A stretch of 64,000 bases of DNA. Origin: Candidatus Peregrinibacteria bacterium (GTDB lineage: Bacteria > Patescibacteriota > Gracilibacteria > UM-FILTER-43-11 > JACRIE01). This document shows positions 7,848 to 15,500 of this stretch, one piece after another. Every line of letters begins with the position of its first letter. The first letter of the stretch is position 1. The stretch spans positions 16,364-80,363 of the forward strand of contig JACRIE010000040.1 of NCBI GenBank assembly GCA_016220165.1, read 5' to 3'. A model generated the notes under the pieces. It was not told where the DNA came from and searched no databases. It saw only the letters and a program-made list of their open reading frames with translations. The position numbers and the translations under genes were made by a program.

Positions 7848-9509
7848 ATGTTCGCCCAAATCGTTCCATTGGTTCGCGCCGGTAGGTATTTAGCTCCGAC
7901 ATTAACCTATCGCTTTCCTGCGGAGGCGTTAGCCGATCTTTTCGTCGGTTCACTGATCCGGGTTCCGCTGCGAAATCAAAAGGCGACAGGCGTGATCATT
8001 GAGATTCTTTCTGAAAATACAACCGATCTCTCTGATTCAAAAATCAAAACGGTTGATCCGTTCACGCCCTCCGTTCAATTTTCACCGCTCCAAATGGAAT
8101 GGGTGGCGTGGATTCAAAAAACCTATCATGCAACGCCTTCTCAGGCGTGGCGGCTCATGGTGCCCGTTGCTCTTCAAAAAGCCAGAAAAACGAGAACGCC
8201 CAGCCCGTTTCAGGGCGTGATTCAGAATTCCCCTGAAGGCGAAGATCATGATCTTCGCCTTCAGGGGAATTTCCGGAAACCGACCGTGCTCCAGTCGCTT
8301 CCCGGAGTCAGACCATTGGAGTATTTTAAAAAAATCGTTAAAAAAACGATTGAGGAAGGGCGTCAGGCCTTATGGCTAGTCCCGGAAAAAAGCGCGATTC
8401 CTCTGGCCATAGATTGTTTTAAAAAGTCACTGGGTGACCGGATCGCAATTTTTCATTCCGGCCTGACGGAAGCGGAAGAGGGGAGGGAATGGTGGAAAAT
8501 TTATTCTGGCCATGCGTCACTCGTTGTCGGAACGCGCTCCGCTTTGTTCGCCCCCATCCGCCATTTGGGGTGCGTGCTGATCGAGGATGAACACGCGTGG
8601 ACCTATCAGGAAGAACAGGCGCCTTATTATAACGCCCCCACGGCCGCGGCGGCTCTGGCCGAACTTCACAAGGCCCGTCTGGTCTTGAGCAGCGCGACCC
8701 CACGGGCCGAAAGTTTTTATAAAACGGCCGTGACAAAGGAATGGGAATGGGTGTCTGTAGGGACAAGGCATGCCTTGTCCCTACAGACACCGAAAATCCA
8801 TGTCGTAGACATGCGCGAAGAATTGCAAAAACGGAACTTCGGCATTTTTTCCATGCCCCTCCAAAAAAAACTGAGCGAATGTCTTGAGCAAAAAGAGCAG
8901 GCGATCCTTTTCGTGAACCTGAGAGGGGTGGCAGGGGCGATCCTTTGCCGCGATTGCGGCGCGGGGGTGCGATGCCCGAAATGCGATATTTCGCTCACGC
9001 ATCATCGGGATAAAGGGGGCATTCTTTTATGCCATCAATGCGGATATACGGAACCGCTCCCCGCGCTTTGCCCGCGCTGCCGTTCGCCGCGCATCAAAAG
9101 CGTGGGGCTTGGCACGGAACGCGTGGAGCAGGAGGCGAAAAAACTTTTTCCTTCGGCCCGCGTCCTTCGCGTGGATCAAGACACTTCTGAAGGCGAGAAT
9201 CCGCATCTTCTCCTTCAAGACTACGACATTCTGGTCGGCACCCAAAAAATAGCGGGAAGCAAACCCGTCGCGCTGGTCGGCATGGTGCTGGCCGATATCG
9301 GAATCCATGCTCCGGACTTCCGGAGCAGTGAGCGAACCTTCCAGCAGATCATGACCATGGCAGGACTATGCAAAAAATCGGGCGAGCTGATCGTACAGAC
9401 CTACGCCCCCGAACTTCCGGCGATCCGCTTCGCCGCGGAATACAGATATGAAGACTTTATGAATCAGGAATTGGAATTCCGCAAACAATGGAAACGTTCG
9501 CCGTATTAA
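7848..9509 (+). CDS. priA: primosomal protein N' (PriA) homologue lacking a Walker A motif
   Basis: Motifs: ALWLVPEKSAIPL, HSGLTEAEEGREWW, VVGTRSALFAP, IEDEH, LSSATP, the Cys4+Cys4 zinc region CRDCG..CPKCD..CHQCG..CPRCRS, GTERVEQE and PDFRSSERTFQQ. No GxxxxGK[ST] occurs anywhere in the ORF. Confidence 0.85.
   Translation: MFAQIVPLVRAGRYLAPTLTYRFPAEALADLFVGSLIRVPLRNQKATGVIIEILSENTTDLSDSKIKTVDPFTPSVQFSPLQMEWVAWIQKTYHATPSQAWRLMVPVALQKARKTRTPSPFQGVIQNSPEGEDHDLRLQGNFRKPTVLQSLPGVRPLEYFKKIVKKTIEEGRQALWLVPEKSAIPLAIDCFKKSLGDRIAIFHSGLTEAEEGREWWKIYSGHASLVVGTRSALFAPIRHLGCVLIEDEHAWTYQEEQAPYYNAPTAAAALAELHKARLVLSSATPRAESFYKTAVTKEWEWVSVGTRHALSLQTPKIHVVDMREELQKRNFGIFSMPLQKKLSECLEQKEQAILFVNLRGVAGAILCRDCGAGVRCPKCDISLTHHRDKGGILLCHQCGYTEPLPALCPRCRSPRIKSVGLGTERVEQEAKKLFPSARVLRVDQDTSEGENPHLLLQDYDILVGTQKIAGSKPVALVGMVLADIGIHAPDFRSSERTFQQIMTMAGLCKKSGELIVQTYAPELPAIRFAAEYRYEDFMNQELEFRKQWKRSPY
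8227..8270. repeat. perfect 44-bp palindrome inside priA (hairpin repeat family, copy 1)
   Basis: attcccctgaaggcgaagatca / tgatcttcgccttcaggggaat, with the symmetry centre at 8248/8249. Translated in frame as NSPEGEDHDLRLQGN. Confidence 0.9.
9188..9217. repeat. degenerate hairpin-family copy inside priA (uncertain)
   Basis: tgaaggcgagaat-ccgc-atcttctccttca, with 10 of 13 arm positions complementary. Translated as SEGENPHLLLQ. Confidence 0.3.
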
Positions 9510-9515
9510 AACTTC

Positions 9516-12500
9516 TTATTTTTTGTCCTGGGTCGCGGTTTCCATAAAGGTAACCGTTTTTTGACTGATTTCAGGCGTTCCTTCGTTGAAAACTTCAAGG
9601 ATACGAAGGAGTTCGGTATTGGTTTTGCCGCCCATAATGGTGGCCGTGATTTTATCCATATTATCAAAAATCGTATTAAGATTGGCGAATCCTTTCTCTT
9701 TCGAATTTAGCAAACCGTTATTGGTGGCAAAATTATTGTAATGACTATCCAGATAACCGCAGATTCGTTGTACCAACGCATCCGGATCGGAAGTGGCGCT
9801 TCTGGTGTCCCGGATCATCTGAAAAAACGGAGCGTCGATCATGTCCTGAAAAGCCCGTATGCGTTCAAGATTTTTTTGAACATTCCAGTCGCCGTGATTG
9901 GTTTCGCTTGCTTCCCGCGCCGTCGCGTTAAGAATGCTGTTATTCATGCGTTTGTAAATCTGGGTGTCGCGATACGCCACGTTTCCCAGAATACCTTCCA
10001 TCATGGCCATAGAAGCCATATGCCGCGTAAAATTAGCGCGAAAATTCGTTGCATCGGGGTCACGCGCGTTTTCTTCCATGTACTGCAATGTCCCGACGAT
10101 CGTGTTTTCCACGGCTGTATCTTCACGGGCCTGTTCTCCTGATTTTCCGGACAGGAACTGTTTCATGGTGTTGGCGTCCCCCATGCATGAAATGGTGCGC
10201 GCCCAGTCATGATCCCATTTGCGCATAATGACGGCCTTTCGGACGCGCTGGGTCACCATGGAGTCATTCAGAACCTGGGTCCAGTAGAAATTTTTAAACT
10301 CGCCCCGGCATTTCCCGTCTTTGTAGTCCTCGCCGAATTGCTGCTGGCATGTTCTCTTATAATCTTCCCTGGTGAGCGGAGGACGCTTGTTATAAAACCA
10401 CTGGCTGGCCGGCCAGTTATTAAGATACGTGTCGTCCAAAGCCAAAGCGCGATCCTCTTCAAGCAGACCTGAGGCCGTGCCTACCATGAGATAAAACATA
10501 GCCGCTTCCGCGTAGGATTTTCCGTTGAGGATGGCGAATTCGATGGCGGCCTCGTATTCGGCCGGATCCACCTTGCCTCCGGCAACATGCTTTTTATAAA
10601 GCTCTTCCATGCGCCCTGTAAGAACGCTCGCCAATTTTTTGTAGGACTCCTGATATTCCTTCTTATGGCTTTCATAATGGCTTTCATTGGTGCGCTCCAG
10701 CGTGGTGTATTCATCATAATCCCAGATTTCACCCAAAGCCTTGTGGAGCTTGGTGCGGAGCAAATTGGGGGAAAGGGCCATGGAGGTGTCATTCGGATCC
10801 AGAAACACCTTATTCTGGAGGCGATTCAGCACTTTCCATAATTCAGGTTTAGACCAATTGATACGGCCTTTGTCGGCCAGAATCCTCAGGATCGCCTTCA
10901 ATTCATCTTTCTCCGGAGGCAGCGGATTCTCCGCCATACTCACGATTTGCTTTTCCAGATCCCAGGCATCCATATTTTCATACCGCCCCTTCCATTCGTT
11001 CACTTCCTCCTGCTCCGCTTTCTGCATGCGGGCTTTGGATTCCTGGCCCATACTGGTCCCTGCGAACAGCGCGGAGCCCAATTTCGCCGCATGATCCGCC
11101 TTGCGTCGCTTAAAACGGCGTTCCGTGAACTCGAAAAAATCTCTGCCGACCTGGAGGATGTCCTCGACGCACAGAAAGGAGGTTTTAAGCCATAATGCCG
11201 CGAAAGGGTTGAGTATTCCTTTGTCACTGGCGGACGACGCGGATTCCAGCTCCTTCATCACGGTTCCGAACGCGTGTTTTTCAAGAAGCCCGATCCGGCT
11301 TCCAACGGTTTTCCCCAATGCTTTATTTGAAGGATGTTCATCGTATTCTTCATTTATTTTCTCCGTTTCTTCCAGATAGGTAATCATGGTGCTGATCAGC
11401 GCCCCTATTCCGGGGATGCCTCCCGCGAAAGGGGAATGCGATGCCCCGTACAGGGCTTCCTTGAGCCTTTCAAGTTTTTGCCCAAACTCTTTGGCGGAAC
11501 TCGTTCCTTCATCAGTCTCTTTTGCTCCTGTTTCTTTTTCTTCTTCTTCTTCATCCTCTCCTGCGGCCACGGCGCCGGCAATGCTCGCTTTTTCCGAGTC
11601 CGCGATGATCTCCTCCGCCGTGCGCGTGTCGGACGGATTGAAAACTTCAATTCCGCCGATCGCGGAAAAGGCGGTCAGCAAATCGCGGTGCTTAGTATTC
11701 TTGCCCACCGGCATATCCTGCATGGCATAGAGCTCGCTGATGATTTCCCCGTCAGGCCACGTATAGGGCTCTGTGGCGTCCTTTCCCGCCGTGTGCGGCT
11801 TTTTAATGGCACCGATCTCAGCCATAAACCGATCGCGGACTTCCGGCCACTTCTTGTGTCCCAAAACAAGCGCGATGTATTCCCGCCTCTGCTGTTCCGG
11901 CATGCTGTCGAACTCCAGATGACGCATCTCATGGGTCAGATCCGTGCGGAAGGCGCGCGACTCTTCCTGCGTCCGGCTTTCTTCTTCTCCGTCTTTCGGT
12001 TTGCGGATAATGATTTTCCAAACGTGCCCTTTGGTATAAAACACCATGCCGCCATTCGTGTACTGACTATAATCGTCATTAAATTTTTTAAACGGCAAAC
12101 GCTCAACATGATCTTTAAAAAACGGGTCTTTCAGAAATTCATCCGGAGAAGTTTGTGAGTTTTTCAAAACATGGACCAGCCCTTGTACCTTTTGATAGCG
12201 GATATTTTTCTCAAATTCAGGATCTTTCCAGGCGCCGCTCACACGCTCCTCAAAACTTCCCACCGCGTCAAACGTTTTTTTCAGTTGAGCCAATCCGTTC
12301 GTCAGCTCAAGCCGCTGAAGCCGCGTCAGGGCGGCAGGATCGGCCAATAGGGCTTCAAATTCATCGAGCGAACGCTGAGCGCTTCCATCGCGCAACTTTT
12401 GGATGGCTTCGCGCGCCAGCTCGGTGTGTCGCGGCGGATGATCGGGAACAGACACGCCTGTAAGTATCGCGGCTCTACGGGCTTTTTGTGATGGATTCCC

Positions 12501-13586
12501 CAAAGAAGCTTCTAAAAAATTCAAGGTTTCGGGCGTGATGGCGCCGAGCTCTTGCCGCAAAGCAATGATGGACTTTCTGGCTTCGGCAGCTTGTTCGTCT
12601 CCATGAGCGACGGATTCATATAAATCTTTGCCCATATCATGAATATTCCTTTGAATAGTCACGAAGTCTCGAAGAAGTGTCCTATAGGTTTTGGGATCCG
12701 TCCGCGCCTCAGGATCCATAAACTGCCTCTCCATCGCGTCACCCGTTTTTTCAAAACGCCGCTCCGCCTCCCCGCGTTCCTCGGAATCCAGATTTTTAAG
12801 GAATTTTTGCGCCTCGGCATAAAGCGCCTCCTTCTTTTTTCGCAGATAGTCCTGAAGATGTCCGATCTGATACTGACGAATCTCCAGGGTTCGCGCTCGC
12901 TCACGCTCATAATCTTCCGGAATCTCCTCTCGCGCGTTCAAAACCAGATTTTTTCCGACGATCGCCCCTAGTTCTTCCCGAAAACCCCGACGCTGGTTGC
13001 CAACCTCAATGCGATCATTCGAGGGAAGACCGGTCTCCAGGGAATTAATATACGTATTGAGAGAACGAAGCTGATCCATTCGTCCTTCCATATCCTGATC
13101 CGTCGTAATAGGCTGACGAAGGGCTTCCAGCTCATTCAATTCCTGCTGAAACTCCCGCCGTTTTGTCAAATCCAGTTCGCCCTGCAAACGCGCCTGCAGA
13201 CCTACAACCTCGCGGCCGATAATGTCCGTGGGCGCGCCGATATCGGCGCGCGGCTGAAAGGGGATGCCCTTTCCAGCTCTTTTCTGTATTTGCTCATCGA
13301 TTTCCCCAAAATTCGCACCGTTTTCAACAAGATACTCCCGTTCCTTCTGCAATTCTTCCAGAAGGCTCCTCTGCACTTCGGACAATTTCTCCCGCAATGC
13401 CTTCCCCAGGCGTATGTCGCTCTCTCGTTCGATCTGCACAACCAAATCTGCCTCTTCTCTTTCAAGCGAAGCCCTGGCGCCACGAACCATATCAATACCC
13501 CTTTTGGAATCCTTTAAAAACGCGAAAAATTCGCCGAGAAAAGGATTTTTTTCATACAACCCGTGGCAGAAACATTTTAAGTACAT
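9516..13586 (-). CDS. 1356-aa protein of unknown function with a coiled-coil-rich N-terminus, an HExxH motif and an acidic tract
   Basis: Single uninterrupted ORF with no signal peptide. HEMRH occurs in TDLTHEMRHLEFDS, and an acidic run in GEDEEEEEKETGAKETDEG. No P-loop. The conserved leader hairpin sits immediately upstream. Confidence 0.8.
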   Translation of the reverse strand: MYLKCFCHGLYEKNPFLGEFFAFLKDSKRGIDMVRGARASLEREEADLVVQIERESDIRLGKALREKLSEVQRSLLEELQKEREYLVENGANFGEIDEQIQKRAGKGIPFQPRADIGAPTDIIGREVVGLQARLQGELDLTKRREFQQELNELEALRQPITTDQDMEGRMDQLRSLNTYINSLETGLPSNDRIEVGNQRRGFREELGAIVGKNLVLNAREEIPEDYERERARTLEIRQYQIGHLQDYLRKKKEALYAEAQKFLKNLDSEERGEAERRFEKTGDAMERQFMDPEARTDPKTYRTLLRDFVTIQRNIHDMGKDLYESVAHGDEQAAEARKSIIALRQELGAITPETLNFLEASLGNPSQKARRAAILTGVSVPDHPPRHTELAREAIQKLRDGSAQRSLDEFEALLADPAALTRLQRLELTNGLAQLKKTFDAVGSFEERVSGAWKDPEFEKNIRYQKVQGLVHVLKNSQTSPDEFLKDPFFKDHVERLPFKKFNDDYSQYTNGGMVFYTKGHVWKIIIRKPKDGEEESRTQEESRAFRTDLTHEMRHLEFDSMPEQQRREYIALVLGHKKWPEVRDRFMAEIGAIKKPHTAGKDATEPYTWPDGEIISELYAMQDMPVGKNTKHRDLLTAFSAIGGIEVFNPSDTRTAEEIIADSEKASIAGAVAAGEDEEEEEKETGAKETDEGTSSAKEFGQKLERLKEALYGASHSPFAGGIPGIGALISTMITYLEETEKINEEYDEHPSNKALGKTVGSRIGLLEKHAFGTVMKELESASSASDKGILNPFAALWLKTSFLCVEDILQVGRDFFEFTERRFKRRKADHAAKLGSALFAGTSMGQESKARMQKAEQEEVNEWKGRYENMDAWDLEKQIVSMAENPLPPEKDELKAILRILADKGRINWSKPELWKVLNRLQNKVFLDPNDTSMALSPNLLRTKLHKALGEIWDYDEYTTLERTNESHYESHKKEYQESYKKLASVLTGRMEELYKKHVAGGKVDPAEYEAAIEFAILNGKSYAEAAMFYLMVGTASGLLEEDRALALDDTYLNNWPASQWFYNKRPPLTREDYKRTCQQQFGEDYKDGKCRGEFKNFYWTQVLNDSMVTQRVRKAVIMRKWDHDWARTISCMGDANTMKQFLSGKSGEQAREDTAVENTIVGTLQYMEENARDPDATNFRANFTRHMASMAMMEGILGNVAYRDTQIYKRMNNSILNATAREASETNHGDWNVQKNLERIRAFQDMIDAPFFQMIRDTRSATSDPDALVQRICGYLDSHYNNFATNNGLLNSKEKGFANLNTIFDNMDKITATIMGGKTNTELLRILEVFNEGTPEISQKTVTFMETATQDKK

Positions 13587-13665
13587 AATTCAGTGACAAG
13601 TGACGAGTCAATAGAGACGAGTAACGAGTTGCAAGTTTTTTCTCGTCGCTCGTCACTAAAAATAT
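13587..13665 (-). promoter_or_regulatory. structured 5' leader, copy A of a duplicated promoter-leader module
   Basis: In gene orientation: agtgacgagcgacgag-aaaaaacttgcaa-ctcgttactcgtctctattgactcgtcacttgtcactgaatt-ATG. Positions 13610-13647 are 38/38 identical (as reverse complement) to 55070-55107. Confidence 0.7.
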
Positions 13666-13671
13666 CTAATT

Positions 13672-13700
13672 ATTATACCAAAAAATGGCCTTTTTATCAA
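13672..13700 (-). promoter_or_regulatory. sigma70-type promoter (TTGATA-17-TGgTATAAT) for the 1356-aa gene
   Basis: The -35 tatcaa is at 13695-13700 and the -10 attata at 13672-13677 (plus-strand spelling). The TGn extension is at 13678-13680. The layout matches the promoter at 55017-55045. Confidence 0.55.
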
Positions 13701-13782
13701 TGCTTTTCAGCATTTACTCCTCAGGTTTCAGAAAACAGGTTCGGGTCGCTTATTTAGACATCACTAGCCCGATTTTGTGATT

Positions 13783-13810
13783 ATTTTATCATATTATTAA
13801 TAAAAGTCAA
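13783..13810 (-). promoter_or_regulatory. second upstream promoter-like site (TTGACT-16-TGaTAAAAT)
   Basis: Complement of 13805-13810 reads TTGACT and complement of 13783-13788 reads TAAAAT, preceded by TGa. Its -35 is one half of the 13806-13822 palindrome. Confidence 0.4.
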
Positions 13811-13817
13811 TATTATA

Positions 13818-13846
13818 TTGACATATAACTAATTGTATGATATTTA
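13818..13846 (+). promoter_or_regulatory. promoter-like site for the 13876 lipoprotein gene (TTGACA-17-TGaTATTTA)
   Basis: TTGACA at 13818-13823 and a weak -10 TATTTA at 13841-13846 with a TGn extension. Confidence 0.35.
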
Positions 13847-13875
13847 TATATACATACTATTTTTCAAAAAACTTT

Positions 13876-14865
13876 ATGCGATCTCTTTTATCTCTCTTCC
13901 GCACGCCGGAAACAGGCCGTCCGGGAGCGCCAGCCCGTATCTGCGCTGCCGCGCCCGCTCTAGTCCTTGCCTTAGGCACCGGCTGCGCCGCTCTTATGGG
14001 CGATGTAAGGAAAGAATGTGATGCCCTCCTGGAATCTCAGGGCCTGTGTCCAAAAGTATCCGCGTCGCCAGCCGCGCCCGTACCTCCTCCTCCGCCGTCT
14101 CCGGTGGTAATAGCGGCTACGCCGGCAGAAGCGGCGTCAACGCCTTCCGAGCCTGAACCGCCGGAAGGGGAACCGCCGTCAGGGCCTGATCCGGAACTTT
14201 TAAAATCCGTTTTGGGACAGATGCATCAACCCGGAGCCGGGCCGGAAGAAACTCCGTTAAACGACGCCTTAGATAAACTGATCGGACAGGAGCAATGCCA
14301 AAAAATAATCGGAATCCGTGCGGAAGTGGATCGGGACGCCGCTCCTTTTTTAAAGGATTTACCCCAGGAATACCGTAGCCGCTCTTTCCCTTCTTTTTTG
14401 TCAGGTTCAACCCAAAAAGAATTTGAACGTAATCTCCTGACCGCGATGATTGAAATCAACGGACAGATTATCCGGGCGCTTGAAAAAGCGCTGGGGTTTA
14501 AAATCCCGATTCATCCTCTGCGTCTGCCAACGGGACCGGAGCATTTCAAACCGCATTTCGTGCCGAAAACAAGGCGCCAACGCCTATTATTGACTACCGG
14601 AATCGATCCGGCTTTCGCGACACGATTGCTTTATCTTGCTTTGGATTCTGCTGAAACAAACGCTTCATGCGGCACAATAACCGAACCCGAAAAAACGCCT
14701 TCGCCCGACCGCGAACCGATTTCGCCGCGGCCTGAAAATCCATCGAAAATCGGACCAGGGAATCCGTTGGATTTGGATGTTTGTCCGCCCGATACAACTC
14801 TTTTGGATGGCGAATGTTTTCCAAAGGACCTCCCGCCGCTCGATTTACCGCCTCTTCCCGATTAA
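13876..14865 (+). CDS. proline-rich putative lipoprotein or secreted protein, unknown function
   Basis: Started at MRSLLSLF...AAAPALVLALGTGCAAL (signal or lipobox-like sequence ending in Cys). PAAPVPPPPPSPVV and PSEPEPPEGEPPSGPDPE linkers. ORF track start 13837 lies inside the promoter, so Met14 is preferred. GC-rich. Confidence 0.6.
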   Translation: MRSLLSLFRTPETGRPGAPARICAAAPALVLALGTGCAALMGDVRKECDALLESQGLCPKVSASPAAPVPPPPPSPVVIAATPAEAASTPSEPEPPEGEPPSGPDPELLKSVLGQMHQPGAGPEETPLNDALDKLIGQEQCQKIIGIRAEVDRDAAPFLKDLPQEYRSRSFPSFLSGSTQKEFERNLLTAMIEINGQIIRALEKALGFKIPIHPLRLPTGPEHFKPHFVPKTRRQRLLLTTGIDPAFATRLLYLALDSAETNASCGTITEPEKTPSPDREPISPRPENPSKIGPGNPLDLDVCPPDTTLLDGECFPKDLPPLDLPPLPD

Positions 14866-14891
14866 AAATCTGAATTTCTTAAACCGGATCC

Positions 14892-15500
14892 ATGGATCGT
14901 CCAACGGAAGGCCCCTCCCCCGGCGTTTCTTCTGACCGAACCGGAAAAATAATCCAAAAGACCCGGCCTGCGATTTTATTCGCGATCCTTTTTTCAGCCT
15001 GTGTCACGCCGGCGTCCCCCATGCCACCGCCACCGGAAACTCAAGCCTGTAAGCCATGCCCCGTTTGCCCGTCCGCGCAGACAGCCGCCCCGGATACCCC
15101 AAAAAAACCGTCGGTTTTTCCCTACGGACTTTCCATAGAAGCCGTGCGGCAGGCCATACCCGGTTCTTTCAGCATGGATCTTCATCCCGGAGAATCCGAG
15201 CAGAGCGGCTTTGAAAGGCTCCTGCGCGTGCTGGCGATCCGCGTCATCGATTCCCTCCGAATCCCGCCGTCCCATTACCAGGGGGCGTTTGCCACGGTCC
15301 TCCGCACGCTTTTTGAACTTTTTTCCGACGGAAGAACACATCTGCGTGGATCCGGACGGCTTAAAATTACCGTATTGCCTTCGGGCGCGCAGCAATTCAC
15401 GTTTCATATTAAGGGGAAACATTATGAACTCGCTGTGGATTTCCTGCGGGCGGATCTTGTGAAGTGGGACTCTTCCCTTATCAATTCAGAAATAAAATAG
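14892..15500 (+). CDS. putative lipoprotein, unknown function
   Basis: 202-aa ORF. PAILFAILFSAC is followed by a Pro/Cys-rich linker (PMPPPPETQACKPCPVCPS). Its 3' end overlaps the ppsA 3' end by 20 nt (convergent). Confidence 0.6.
   Translation: MDRPTEGPSPGVSSDRTGKIIQKTRPAILFAILFSACVTPASPMPPPPETQACKPCPVCPSAQTAAPDTPKKPSVFPYGLSIEAVRQAIPGSFSMDLHPGESEQSGFERLLRVLAIRVIDSLRIPPSHYQGAFATVLRTLFELFSDGRTHLRGSGRLKITVLPSGAQQFTFHIKGKHYELAVDFLRADLVKWDSSLINSEIK

Noticed and set aside
13701-13750. A 15-codon minus-strand mini-ORF (MLKSIDKKAIFWYNN) with a GAGGAG box 5 nt upstream, overlapping promoter A. This could be a leader peptide.
   Set aside because: No equivalent ORF or SD exists in the otherwise homologous copy B. 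Genes in this window generally lack SD sequences. It is most likely fortuitous.
14150-14200. The PEPPEGEPPSGPDPE segment of the Pro-rich lipoprotein considered as another in-frame hairpin-family copy.
   Set aside because: The underlying DNA (ccggaaggggaaccgccgtcagggcctgatccgg) is not a convincing palindrome and lacks the GGCGAGGAT core. The resemblance exists only at the peptide level.
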